Positions 37,070-47,900 of a DNA stretch of 63,323 bases are shown piece by piece (within the stretch, counting starts at the first letter, position 1; each line of letters begins with the position of its first letter). The stretch is from positions 64,001-127,323 of IMG/VR virus record IMGVR_UViG_3300003973_000001; one strand, 5' to 3'. The notes beneath the pieces were generated by a model that saw only the letters and a list, made by a program, of their open reading frames with translations, had not been told where the DNA came from and did not search any database. Both the position numbers and the translations under genes were made by a program. The DNA comes from a virus (Duplodnaviria > Heunggongvirae > Uroviricota > Caudoviricetes).

Positions 37070-37327
37070 ATGATTTTAGAAGACATTCTTATTGAAAAAC
37101 TTGGTTCAGACGTATTGAGATTTAAGAAAAACACCGATGAAAGACCTAGAATACAGCATGTGGATGAAGATATGTTCCACCTATGTGCAGGCAGACAGAG
37201 CATTTCCATTAACTCCAGTCAAATTGATGACATAATTAATCTCTTAACATCTGTAAAAGTAGAAGGATATGTTATCGATGAAGACTTGAGAGAGACATTT
37301 ATACTTAAGCCAAAGGAGAATAAATGA
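37070..37327 (+). CDS. Hypothetical protein
   Basis: GGAGG RBS. Confidence 0.65.
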   Translation: MILEDILIEKLGSDVLRFKKNTDERPRIQHVDEDMFHLCAGRQSISINSSQIDDIINLLTSVKVEGYVIDEDLRETFILKPKENK

Positions 37328-37704
37328 TGTTAGATAAAAAGAAAGAGCGAGAAGAATGGATTTCAACTCTTAAGGTTGGCGATGAAGTAGCAATGTCGAA
37401 TAGTAGATTTTCTCATTGCCGATGGTCTCTTTATAAGATTATTAAAATTACACCTTCTGGTCGCCTTAACTTAGAGCATGGTATTGTAATCAATCCAGAT
37501 GGAAGCATTCGCGGAAACAAGTATTCTTACATCCATGAAGCAACAGATGAGATTAGAAATCATATCTGGAGAAGCAAGGCTGAAATTTTGGTTTCCAAGA
37601 TAGATGTGAAAAAGCTATCGCATAAGCAACTAATGATAATGCTAGATATATATAAAGAACAGAAGTGGATGGAGAGCAATGACAATGATAAAACGATTAC
37701 TTAA
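37324..37704 (+). CDS. Hypothetical protein
   Basis: Coupled ORF. Confidence 0.7.
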   Translation: MMLDKKKEREEWISTLKVGDEVAMSNSRFSHCRWSLYKIIKITPSGRLNLEHGIVINPDGSIRGNKYSYIHEATDEIRNHIWRSKAEILVSKIDVKKLSHKQLMIMLDIYKEQKWMESNDNDKTIT

Positions 37705-37891
37705 AAATGACTTTAGAACAGCTTTTGTTCTTGGAATGGTGCAATACACAATTGTTAACTTAGTGCGTGGGAGCAACGTTGAAACTACATGGTATATATG
37801 GCTCACTGCGAATGCTATAAGCGCAATTGTTAGTATAACTCTTGTCTTTGTCTCCATTAAAGTAGCAAGGAAGTTAATCAGCTTTATCTAA
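37679..37891 (+). CDS. Membrane protein
   Basis: Two hydrophobic helices. Confidence 0.6.
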   Translation: MTMIKRLLKNDFRTAFVLGMVQYTIVNLVRGSNVETTWYIWLTANAISAIVSITLVFVSIKVARKLISFI

Positions 37892-38092
37892 TAAAATCAT
37901 CATTTTATGAAGTATTGGAGGGTAACATTATGAAGAAAATCGAGTACAGAGAAATTGGATTTCATAAGCTAACAAGACCGCATTATCAAGAGCTTGATAT
38001 AGACAAACTAAACCATCTTGGGAAGGACGGTTGGGAGCTTGTGGTAGTCGTTAGTGGGAATTGTATATTTAAAAGAGAAGTGACAGTATAAA

Positions 38093-38281
38093 ATGAAAAT
38101 TATCTGTGTAGACAATCTTAATAGAGAAACCTATGATGATAAATTGGTATGCGAGAACATCGATAAGTTCTATGGGGAAATTATTGTAAAGTCCCTTAAT
38201 GACAAGCTGTCTGGCGAGTATAGCGGTTCTTACTTCAGACTAGTTGAAGACGATTATAAGTTATATAAATATGAGTGGTGA
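38093..38281 (+). CDS. Hypothetical protein
   Basis: Familiar small phage protein (KIICVDN..RE...LVCEN). Confidence 0.6.
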   Translation: MKIICVDNLNRETYDDKLVCENIDKFYGEIIVKSLNDKLSGEYSGSYFRLVEDDYKLYKYEW

Positions 38282-38496
38282 CGGAAGGGGATAATCAATA
38301 TGGAGTTAATCGAAGTTGTAAAGAATCTCGCCACAATACGTCCTTATCCTACGGAGAACACCTTAGTTAATGAAGCGTATTATAGGGGTTTTCCAACTCT
38401 AGAAATAGTCAAAGCATATGAGAAGTTGACCAAAGAAGAATTACCCTATGGGCATCAATACAAAAGAAGAGGTTATTAGAAAGGGAGTTAATTAAT

Positions 38497-38718
38497 ATGA
38501 GTGAAATCTATCAGTATCATGCATATAACGAACATATGAATTTTATAGTTTCTGTTCCAGTTAAAGAAGACGAATACGCAAAAGGATTTGCTAGACGAGT
38601 AGCAATAGACTTTTACGAATATACAGAAGAGCAGGTTCAAAATGTAAATGTTGAATTTATCGTAGGATTCTGGGGAGAGTCAGCAATTAATTTAAAAAAG
38701 TTAAATTCAACAAAATAG
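38497..38718 (+). CDS. Hypothetical protein
   Basis: ORF with RBS. Confidence 0.6.
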   Translation: MSEIYQYHAYNEHMNFIVSVPVKEDEYAKGFARRVAIDFYEYTEEQVQNVNVEFIVGFWGESAINLKKLNSTK

Positions 38719-38749
38719 TTCTTTGAATAGGAAAGGAGAGTTAATTAAT

Positions 38750-38965
38750 ATGAAAATGGCAATCTCAAAAGAGACAAACGAAGTATTAACTGGCAAGGCA
38801 GGCGTAATGGGAGTAGAGAGAACGTTTGGTCAAAAGCTTAGTACACAAGGTCATTATGCAAAAGATTTGCACCTTGTAGATGTTGATACGTCTAAAATGA
38901 ATGGTGAAGATGAATATGTAATAGTAAGCAAATCATATCTTGCATCGCTTGAGGCAGACCGATGA
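38750..38965 (+). CDS. Hypothetical protein
   Basis: AAGGAG RBS. Confidence 0.6.
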   Translation: MKMAISKETNEVLTGKAGVMGVERTFGQKLSTQGHYAKDLHLVDVDTSKMNGEDEYVIVSKSYLASLEADR

Positions 38966-39270
38966 AAGCATATCAAGTAGGCGATGGTGAGTATTCACGA
39001 ATATTCTTTGCCAAAACAGCAGGACAAGCTAGGCAATGGGGAATGAGCGAGTTTGGTATAGACTTCATTGCAGTAGAAGTTAGAAGAGCGAAGTGGGCTG
39101 ACGAGTATGGTAACGAGAGTCAAGTACCGAAATGGGCTTATCTTTCAAATGGTTGGTGGTGGGAATGCCAATGTGGGCATCCACAATATGATGAAACAGC
39201 AGTTGTAATTGATGATATGGTTTACTGCGAAGATTGTAGACCTAAAGAGGGGATAAATAATGAAATATAA
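38962..39270 (+). CDS. Hypothetical Zn-binding phage protein
   Basis: FAKTAGQAR...GWWWECQCG...CEDC. Confidence 0.7.
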   Translation: MKAYQVGDGEYSRIFFAKTAGQARQWGMSEFGIDFIAVEVRRAKWADEYGNESQVPKWAYLSNGWWWECQCGHPQYDETAVVIDDMVYCEDCRPKEGINNEI

Positions 39271-39499
39271 ACATGGACTAAGTCAATATCGGATTAATCA
39301 TGCAAGAGATTATGCAAGATACATAGCAGAATGCGTTGCTAAAATCGAGCTGTTATTCCACTTGTCAGAGGAGGGTCATATTGAAGAAGAGAAGGCTGAA
39401 AATGGCATAGCAAACTTAAATGAAGAAATTGAACGAAGCACAAAGCAATTATTAGGATACGTAGAACAGCGAGACGATATGAGAGGAGAAGGCAAATGA
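39260..39499 (+). CDS. Hypothetical protein
   Basis: Coupled ORF. Confidence 0.6.
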   Translation: MKYKHGLSQYRINHARDYARYIAECVAKIELLFHLSEEGHIEEEKAENGIANLNEEIERSTKQLLGYVEQRDDMRGEGK

Positions 39500-40065
39500 C
39501 AATTTATTTTACAAGTGATACACACGCTTGGCATAAGAACATCTTAAACTTCGAAAACAGACCATATTCTTCTGTTGAAGAAATGACAAAAGATATGATT
39601 AAGAAGTGGAATGAGCAGGTTAACGATGATGACATCATCTATCATCTAGGAGATTTATGTTTAGGAAACTTCGAACAAACAGAAGACGTATTGAAGCAAC
39701 TTAAGGGTAAAATCATTTTAATAAAAGGTAATCATGACCTTTCTAAGCATTATAAGAAAATCAATGAAATGGGATTACTTCATGAATATCATGAAGTTGG
39801 AATTACATTGAAGTACAAAAAACAACAAATGTGGTTAACACACTATCCTCTTGAGATTGGCTTGAGACCTCGAAAGTGGTCGATTCATGGTCATATCCAT
39901 AGTGAAGAATCAGCATGGGGAAATCAGATTAATGTGGGAGTAGATAGCCCCCATTTCAAACACAAGCCATTTGGAGAATTAATCACAATCGATGAGCTGT
40001 TTGAAGTGATGGAGCAGAGACTTCCTTCAATAATAAGAAAATATGAGGCTCAGAGAGGTGCGTAA
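39496..40065 (+). CDS. Calcineurin-like metallophosphoesterase
   Basis: SDTH, HLGD, GNHD, HGHIH motifs. Confidence 0.9.
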   Translation: MTIYFTSDTHAWHKNILNFENRPYSSVEEMTKDMIKKWNEQVNDDDIIYHLGDLCLGNFEQTEDVLKQLKGKIILIKGNHDLSKHYKKINEMGLLHEYHEVGITLKYKKQQMWLTHYPLEIGLRPRKWSIHGHIHSEESAWGNQINVGVDSPHFKHKPFGELITIDELFEVMEQRLPSIIRKYEAQRGA

Positions 40066-40367
40066 ATGTATATAACACAAGTTGCTGAATTTAATTATGC
40101 AGATATGGCAAATGAATGGATAAGAGAAAATAACGAAAACATATCGATAACTGATTTTAAATATGTAGGGAATCGCCATTATGGAACTTCCATTCTAATT
40201 ATCTATAGATTGAAAGAAGATGTGATAGAGGAGGATTAATATGTGGAATTTTGCAAAAGAATATCCATTCTTTTTCACAATAATAGTGCTACTAGTTCTA
40301 TTCACAGTTGACAATATGGTCACTAATATTTGTAAAGCTTTATCAAACTAATCGAGGAGGAATCGTA

Positions 40368-40613
40368 ATGAAGAAACGTAATATTGAATTTTTAGCTAAG
40401 AAGAATGAGGTAAAAAAGGTGAAACGTATCTTTGAAGGATTAGAGGCAGGACAGGGAGTTATCATCGGTTGTACACGAGATATTCACTGCTTTAAGAATA
40501 ATGATGTGGTAGATGTAAAGTTGGAAGACAATGGTGAGTGGGCATCTTGTCGTAGGTTAAAAGATAATCATCATCAATTTGTACGCGTTGAAGATATCTT
40601 AATTAAGGAGTAA
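40368..40613 (+). CDS. Hypothetical protein
   Basis: GAGGAGG RBS. Confidence 0.6.
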   Translation: MKKRNIEFLAKKNEVKKVKRIFEGLEAGQGVIIGCTRDIHCFKNNDVVDVKLEDNGEWASCRRLKDNHHQFVRVEDILIKE

Positions 40614-40617
40614 TTAT

Positions 40618-40803
40618 ATGAAAGAATGGCTTTATAACTCATATTTTGGACATGAACTAAGCCAAATGAAATGGTTTAGAAGATGGTATGGTGGCACATG
40701 GTGTAAAATTATACCAAGACCATTCCCATATCTGCACTTTTGGTCAAGAGAATACTACGTTGATAGAGATATAGAAATTATAACAAACACAGAAGAATAC
40801 TAA
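40618..40803 (+). CDS. Hypothetical protein
   Basis: AAGGAG RBS. Confidence 0.55.
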   Translation: MKEWLYNSYFGHELSQMKWFRRWYGGTWCKIIPRPFPYLHFWSREYYVDRDIEIITNTEEY

Positions 40804-40819
40804 ATCGGAGGAATTAATT

Positions 40820-41239
40820 ATGAAAACTATTAAAAATGACATGATTACAGCTATGAAACTTAGAGACAAAGTAAAGGTTGTAGCATTACGTATGCTGTTA
40901 GCTACATTTGAGAAAGAGCGTATTGCATTAAAAGTACCAGAGTTAAATGAAGACCAAATTATCACTTGCATCAATCGTGAAATCAAAGCAATTGACCAAG
41001 AAATTGAAGGCTTGGTAAATGCAGGTCGCTCAACAATAGACCAAGAATATCAAAAGACTGTACTACAAGCTTACTTACCAAAGCAATTAACTCAAGATGA
41101 GGTCGTAGTATTAGTTACAGAAGTAGTTGGTCGCACAGCTAATATGGGTATGGCTATGAAAGAATTAACGCCTCAATTAAAAGGTAAAGCTGATATGAAG
41201 CAAGTATCGCAATTGGTTAAAGAAGCATTTTCAAAATAA
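40820..41239 (+). CDS. GatB/YqeY domain protein
   Basis: IKNDMITAMK.RDK.....LRML...YLPKQL...GMAMKEL..QLKGKAD. Confidence 0.9.
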   Translation: MKTIKNDMITAMKLRDKVKVVALRMLLATFEKERIALKVPELNEDQIITCINREIKAIDQEIEGLVNAGRSTIDQEYQKTVLQAYLPKQLTQDEVVVLVTEVVGRTANMGMAMKELTPQLKGKADMKQVSQLVKEAFSK

Positions 41240-41323
41240 ACCATTAAACAAAAGATTTGCAGAATTGCTGATATTGTGATAAGATTACAGTATCAGCAAT
41301 TTTCTTGTATAGGTGATGAAATT

Positions 41324-42397
41324 ATGAATGCATATGAAGTGAAAGAGTATTTAAAAGAAGACCTACAGAGAGTAGAGAAGCTTCTTGAAGAGGTTGGATG
41401 CCATGGTATGTGGCGTACTGGTGATGAGATTCGTTGCGCCCCACCAGATTCTCAAAGTCATACAGCTATCGCAGTGAATATAGACACTATGTATTGCTGT
41501 TGGTATAAGCAGGATGACACATTTAGAGGAGACATCTTATCCCTTATTCAATTGTTGCGAAAAGAGCCATTTACAGAGAGTTTTAGATTTGTAAGAGGGT
41601 TATTCGGACTAGGCGGTTCATTTAAGAAGGAAGATAAGAAAGACCTTTTGGCAATGTTTAAAGAGATTAGAAGGCAACATAGAGTAATTGAAAACATTGA
41701 TGAGATTGAGATTCCTAAGTTTGGTATGGAAACTCTAAGAGATTTCATTATGTTACCTCACATGAGCTTATTCTATGAGGGGATTATGCCACAAACAGCA
41801 GAGTTATTTAATGTTTGCTATGACCCAATGTTAGATAGAGTTCTATTCCCACATTCGAATTATGACGATAAGAATGCAATCGTAGGATTAACAGGGAGAA
41901 CAACGCTTGATACAAAGGTTCTAAAAGAGATGAAGATACCAAAATACTGGAATTACATAAAAGGTTACAAGAAGATGTATAACCTGTATGGATTAAGTCA
42001 CTCAATAGAGTTCCTTCCAGAACATAAGAAGCTTATCATATTTGAGGCAGAGAAGTCAGTGCTAAAGAACTTCACTCAAACCAGAAACAAAGGATATAGT
42101 TGCGCTGTTGGTGGTCATGAGATTAGTGATGTACAGGTTCAAATCATCTTGCAGAACGTTCCTATGGATGTTGAAATCATTATAGCGTTCGACAAAGATG
42201 TTATGACAATGGTTAATAAAGATACTCAAGAGCATATTGGGGAGAAGTATCTTATTAATACAGCCAAGCGTTTTTCTAAATTCAGAAAGACTAGTTACAT
42301 TTATGATGATAACGATGTATTAGGTGAGAAGGATTCACCAATCGATTTAGGCTATAAGGTATTTCACGAACTATTGGAGAATAGGAGAGTTGTATGA
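41324..42397 (+). CDS. dnaG: DNA primase (Zn-binding plus Toprim)
   Basis: GLTGR, IFEAEKS, IIAFDKD. Confidence 0.8.
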   Translation: MNAYEVKEYLKEDLQRVEKLLEEVGCHGMWRTGDEIRCAPPDSQSHTAIAVNIDTMYCCWYKQDDTFRGDILSLIQLLRKEPFTESFRFVRGLFGLGGSFKKEDKKDLLAMFKEIRRQHRVIENIDEIEIPKFGMETLRDFIMLPHMSLFYEGIMPQTAELFNVCYDPMLDRVLFPHSNYDDKNAIVGLTGRTTLDTKVLKEMKIPKYWNYIKGYKKMYNLYGLSHSIEFLPEHKKLIIFEAEKSVLKNFTQTRNKGYSCAVGGHEISDVQVQIILQNVPMDVEIIIAFDKDVMTMVNKDTQEHIGEKYLINTAKRFSKFRKTSYIYDDNDVLGEKDSPIDLGYKVFHELLENRRVV

Positions 42398-42606
42398 TGA
42401 AGAAGATTTATGTTATCAAATACACACATATTATGACAGGACTAGGAAAAGATGAGGAGAGAACTCATTACTTTGACGAGTCTCAAAAGGCTCAATTTCT
42501 ATCAAAATATACGATATTAAAAGAGGCTTGGTACTGTTTTAATCTAGAGGCTTACAAGGCAGACAGTGTTTCAAAATTAGATGTAGATTCATTATTAGAC
42601 TTTTAA
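42394..42606 (+). CDS. Hypothetical protein
   Basis: Coupled ORF. Confidence 0.6.
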   Translation: MMKKIYVIKYTHIMTGLGKDEERTHYFDESQKAQFLSKYTILKEAWYCFNLEAYKADSVSKLDVDSLLDF

Positions 42607-42635
42607 ACAAAAGTATTGCAGAAAGAAGGAATAGA

Positions 42636-43268
42636 ATGGCAAAGGTTTATTTTAGATATGGGACGATGGATTCGTCTAAAACAGCAAGATTAATTATGGA
42701 TGCATATGATTATACGTCCAGAGGTGAGTTTGTACTGCCTATTAAACCAGTAGCAGATTCTCGCTCTAAGAAAGGGAAGATTGAGAGTAGAACAGGATTG
42801 TCAGTTGACTGTCTTGATGTAGAAAAAGACTATCACATCTATGGTCATATTGGAATGTTGCTGAAGAATGATATAAACATTTCTTGCGTATTAGTTGATG
42901 AGGCGCAATTCTTAACGTCTGCACAAGTGTTACAGCTTCGTCTTGTAGCAAATCATTTTGATATTCCAGTTATGTGCTATGGCTTAAAAACAGATTTCAG
43001 AGGGAATATGTTTGAGGGTTCACAGTCATTATTCATACATGCGAATCGATTAGAGGAAGTTAAGACGATTTGTCGTGAAATAGGATGTAAACATAAAGCG
43101 ATGTTCAATGTTCGATACTTTGATGGTCAACCAACATTTAATGGTGACCAAGTCCAAGTAGGGGATACAAAAGCAGAAGAAAAGGCTTATTATTATGTAC
43201 CTAAATGTTCGGCTCATTTCCTTGAGAACTTTGAAGCACATTTAAAAGAGGAAGGTGTCGTACAGTGA
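42636..43268 (+). CDS. tdk: Thymidine kinase
   Basis: YGTMDSSKT, VLVDEAQFL, YGLKTDF. Confidence 0.95.
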   Translation: MAKVYFRYGTMDSSKTARLIMDAYDYTSRGEFVLPIKPVADSRSKKGKIESRTGLSVDCLDVEKDYHIYGHIGMLLKNDINISCVLVDEAQFLTSAQVLQLRLVANHFDIPVMCYGLKTDFRGNMFEGSQSLFIHANRLEEVKTICREIGCKHKAMFNVRYFDGQPTFNGDQVQVGDTKAEEKAYYYVPKCSAHFLENFEAHLKEEGVVQ

Positions 43269-44539
43269 GATTAACTTATGAACAATTAAATATGATTAAA
43301 GAGAAAATGGGAGTAGACATGCTATGGTCATTCTCAAAAATGAGTACTTATCTACAATGTTCTTGGCTGTATAAGCTTAAATATATTGATAAGATTAGAA
43401 TAAAAGGAGATAACTGTTACACGCATTTCGGTACAGTATCGCATGATGTTATCCAAGGATTATATGATGAAGTTCATACATATGAACAGATGCTTGAGAA
43501 GTTTAACGATGAGGTTATCAAATGGCAAATCAAGGATGACCCTGCACTAAAATTCAATTCTGATAAAGAGCGCGATGGTTATATTGAAAACCTTCGTCAC
43601 TACTTTACTCATACAGAGCAGATTCCTTATAAAGTAATCAATGAGAAAGCTGTTCTAGCTGTATTTGAGGGCGCTAAGAAGTACGTATTCCAAGGTTATA
43701 TCGATTCCCAGTACACAGATGATGATGGAATCTTTTATATTCTTGACTACAAAACTTCTAGTAAGAGCGGATTCACTGGCAAAGACTTATTAAAGAAGGC
43801 TCAGCAGTTAATGATTTATGCAGTCGGTATCAATATGTTCCATAAGATTCCTATTGATAAGATTCGCCTTCGTTACGATATGATGAAGTACTGTAACGTA
43901 TCATTCATGCAGAAGAATGGTAAAATGAAGACGACTAAAGCAGAACGTAGCTTGTGGGTTGCTCATATAGCTAATCAGTTACGCAAAGACTTTGAAGATG
44001 TCGAGAAGAGTATCGAGAAGCATCAAAAGGAAATTACAAAGATTGAGAAGAAAATCAAGCAGAAGAAGACTACTCCAGAAATGGCAGAGGAATATCTAGC
44101 TATGATTAAGGTTGAAGAAGAGTCTATTAAAGAGCTAGAGAAGTTCGTATTTAATCCTCTTGAAATCAATGAGATGATGGACACAGCTATGAATAACAAT
44201 ACACTTGAAAATCTACCTCAGTTTATTCAAGATAAGTATACAGTTGAGAACTGCTATATCGATATCGAGTTGACAGAGGAGATTGTAGAGGAATTCAAGG
44301 CTGAACTAGTTTCTGTATTAGACAAAATTATTGCAAAGACAGAGGAAGACAATCTAGATGAGGCGTTTGACCGTAGTAGAATCGATAACTCAAATTCATT
44401 CTATTGTAATACTTTATGCGATATGAAGAGCAAATGTAAATTCTATGAGGAATATAAAGAGAATAGTTCTATGTTTATAGATAAGAAGGTTGACCAACCT
44501 AGCGATGAAGAGATAATGGCTATGTTTGGATTGAGTTAA
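43265..44539 (+). CDS. PD-(D/E)XK nuclease (Cas4/AddB-like) with coiled-coil insertion
   Basis: SFSK...C; GYID; LDYKT; QLMIYA; C-terminal CxxxC...C. Confidence 0.85.
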   Translation: MRLTYEQLNMIKEKMGVDMLWSFSKMSTYLQCSWLYKLKYIDKIRIKGDNCYTHFGTVSHDVIQGLYDEVHTYEQMLEKFNDEVIKWQIKDDPALKFNSDKERDGYIENLRHYFTHTEQIPYKVINEKAVLAVFEGAKKYVFQGYIDSQYTDDDGIFYILDYKTSSKSGFTGKDLLKKAQQLMIYAVGINMFHKIPIDKIRLRYDMMKYCNVSFMQKNGKMKTTKAERSLWVAHIANQLRKDFEDVEKSIEKHQKEITKIEKKIKQKKTTPEMAEEYLAMIKVEEESIKELEKFVFNPLEINEMMDTAMNNNTLENLPQFIQDKYTVENCYIDIELTEEIVEEFKAELVSVLDKIIAKTEEDNLDEAFDRSRIDNSNSFYCNTLCDMKSKCKFYEEYKENSSMFIDKKVDQPSDEEIMAMFGLS

Positions 44540-44569
44540 GACGCGGAGAAATCTGCGTTTTTCTTTTTT
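44538..44569 (+). terminator. Intrinsic terminator
   Basis: AAGACGCGGA-GAAA-TCTGCGTTTT plus U tract. Confidence 0.8.
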
Positions 44570-44590
44570 AAAATTTATTAAACAAAAGTA

Positions 44591-44619
44591 TTGCAAAGAA
44601 TTTAAGGCTATGCTAATAT
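44591..44619 (+). promoter_or_regulatory. sigmaA promoter overlapped by motif A
   Basis: TTGCAA-17-TAATAT with extended TG. Confidence 0.7.
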
Positions 44620-44648
44620 TAACTTATCGAAAAGAGGGGGAAACAAAA

Positions 44649-44954
44649 ATGAAACAAGTTATCGATGCAACGAATTTCGTATTATTCATGAAACCATCAG
44701 ATGTTATTGGAAGTAATGCAACTTATATTGGAAGCGCAACTACAGGAGTTGAGCCTGTACGCGAAAACAAGCTTCCAGATATCGATGAAGATTTCATTAA
44801 CATGTCAGTTAGTGAAGTTATTTTAAAATACATTAAACTGAAGTATTGCAAAGAGTTTACTTGGGAACAAATTGTTTTGGCTACTTATGGAGAGGCGGTT
44901 CTAATCGCACCTTTATATTGGACAGCAATTGAATACTTAAAGGAACATAAATAG
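44649..44954 (+). CDS. Hypothetical protein
   Basis: GAGGGG RBS. Confidence 0.65.
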   Translation: MKQVIDATNFVLFMKPSDVIGSNATYIGSATTGVEPVRENKLPDIDEDFINMSVSEVILKYIKLKYCKEFTWEQIVLATYGEAVLIAPLYWTAIEYLKEHK

Positions 44955-44964
44955 GAGGAATACG

Positions 44965-47900
44965 ATGTACGATACACTAACAGCAGTAGAGAAAACATAT
45001 ACACCGATACACTTACATGACCATCATAGTAATATTAATATGGTTGAGGTAGTAACGAAATTTGAACAGTATGTAGAAAGAGCAATTGAACTTGGGCTTC
45101 CTACGATTGTATGTACGAATCATGGAGTTCTTACAGGTTGGTATAACCGTAAAAAGCTTCTCGAATCGAAAAATATGAAGTATGTTCACGCTGTAGAAGC
45201 TTATGTCACTTGGGATTTAGAAAACAAGGCTCGTGATAATTTTCACTTATCATTATTCGCCAAGAACTTTGAAGGATTCAAGGAGTTGAATAAGCTAGTA
45301 TCAAACTCATTTAACAGAAGCGACAATCACTTCTATTACAATCCTCGTATCGCATGGAAAGACATTAAGAATACGAGCGACAACATCTTAGTATCAACTG
45401 CATGTTTAGGAAGCTTTATTTGGAAACTTAAGGATGATGATGAGAAGTACGCTGAAATCCTACAATGGATTGATAGTAATAAGCATCGAGTATTCTTAGA
45501 AGTTCAGCCTCATCGACATTTAGAGCAGGCTAAGCTGAATAGACATCTAATCAATTTAGCTAGAAATAACGGATGGAGAATCATTGCAGGCGGTGACGTT
45601 CATGCATTAAACAAAGAGCATGATGAAGCTCGTAAGATTCTTCAGAAGTCAAAACGAGTTGAATTCGCGGATGAAGATAGCTTTGACTTAACATTAAAGA
45701 GCTACGATGAAATCTTCGAACAGTTCCAAGCTCAAGGAGTATTAACAGGCGATGAAATTGCAGAAGCATTAAACAATACAAACGTATTATTAGATATGGT
45801 AGAGCCATTTAAGCTTGATTATTCTAAGAAGTATCCTAAGTTGCATGCTAATCCAGACAGAGTGCTTCAAGAGAAGATTGCAGAGGGTATTAAGTTTCGT
45901 GGTATTGATAAGATACCGCATCATGAGAAGCTTGTCTACGCACAGAGAATTCAGCACGAACTAGATACTTATAGAGCGAATGAAGCTGAGAACTATCTGC
46001 TACTAGAGGATATGGTTAAGACATATGCTAGGGAAAATGATATAGCATACGGATATGGTCGAGGCTCTGTAAGCGGAAGTATCATCGCATATCTAATGCA
46101 AATTACAGAAATGAACTCAATCAAGCGAGGTTTAAACTTCGAGCGATTTATGAATAAAGAACGTATCAGTCTAGCCGATGTTGATTCGGACTACGACCCA
46201 CAAAAACGTTACATGATTCAAGATTTCTTAATGAATCATCCAGAGCTGTACTGCGCTCCAATCATGACATCTAATACAATCGCTATGAAAGGCGCTATCC
46301 GAGATATTGGTCGAGGCTTAGGCATGCCACTTAACGAGGTAGATGACATTGCTAAAGGTGTAGAGGAAGCAGAGCATTACTATCGTGATAGATATCCAGA
46401 GCTGTTTAAATATGTTGATATCGTATTGGGAACAATCACATCAATTGGACAACATGCATGCGGTATCTGCGTATCTCCAATTCCACTAGATGAGAATATG
46501 GGATTAATCACAACTAAAGATTCTCCTTATCCATTAACAATGCTTAATATGAAGGAAATCGATGACCAAAACTATGTAAAACTTGATATCTTAGGCTTAG
46601 ATACTACGTCTGTAATCAGCGAGGTTTGTAGATTAGCAGGGATAGACTTTGTAACTCCTCAGAACCTAGATTCGGAAGATGAGAAGGTTTGGAATAGTAT
46701 TCTAGATAGCAATGTTGGTATTTTCCAGTGGGAAAGTGACTTCTCGCATCAGATATACAAAGACCTATTCAGCAAAGAAACAATCGCTAAGATTAAAGCG
46801 CAGAACCCTAACTTCTCATACATAGACCTATTCTCATTAGGAAACGCGATTCTGAGACCATCTGGTGCATCGTATCGCGAAAGTGTATGCCAAGGTGAAT
46901 TCTACGATAACGGACATCCTGCATTGAACGAGTTCCTAGCATCAACACTTGGAAGATTAGTATATCAAGAGCAATTAATGGAGTTTCTGGTGAAATTCTG
47001 TGGATACACAATGGGACAGGCGGACTTAGTCAGACGCGGTATAGGTAAGAAGATTAAGACTATTATAGATACAGAAGTTCCTAAGATTGAAGCTAAATTC
47101 ATTGAAACAATGACAAGAGACTATGGATTATCTTATGAAGAGGCAGAGCGAATCGCTAAGCCATTCATGCAGGTATTCTTAGATAGTGCTGACTATGGCT
47201 TCTCTGTAAACCACTCAGATGCTTATTCTTGGATGGGATATGCTATGGCATGGCTAAGATATTATTATCCAATTGAATTCCTTACAGCATCGTTAAACGT
47301 GAACATAGGGAAGGAAGATAAGACTAATAAACTAGTTGAATATGCGAAAGATAAAGGCATTAAACTAGACGGTATTAAGTTCCGCTATTCTCGTGACGGT
47401 TATATGTTTAATAAGGAAACAAACTCTATCTATCAAGGTGTAGAGCCTATTAAATTCCTTAATGCTCAAGTGGCAGAAGGATTGTATGAACTGCGTAATA
47501 AAGAGTATAAATGTTTTACAGATTTACTTGTTGACATTAAAGATGGTATGGTGTTACACTGTAACAGTAGCTCACAAGTGATTGATGTTAAAGACTTGCT
47601 TAAGATATACGAGCCAAAAGAACTACAGCGAATGGTTAAAGCAGAAGAGGTTGTAACTGTCGGCTCTAATGAAGTTCAAATTAACTCTCGTCAAATGGCA
47701 ATCTTAATATCTCTAAATTACTTCTCAGAGTTTGGGCAAAATAAGAAGCTATTACAACTATTTGAGTTCTTCGAGAAGACTTATAAAAAGACTCTCACAC
47801 TCAAATCTAAAGCAGAACGTTATGCAAAAGTATTGCAGAGAGAACAAGAATTAGAAGATGATAAGCTTTCATTAGTAGAGCAATACGAAAGAGAGCTAGA

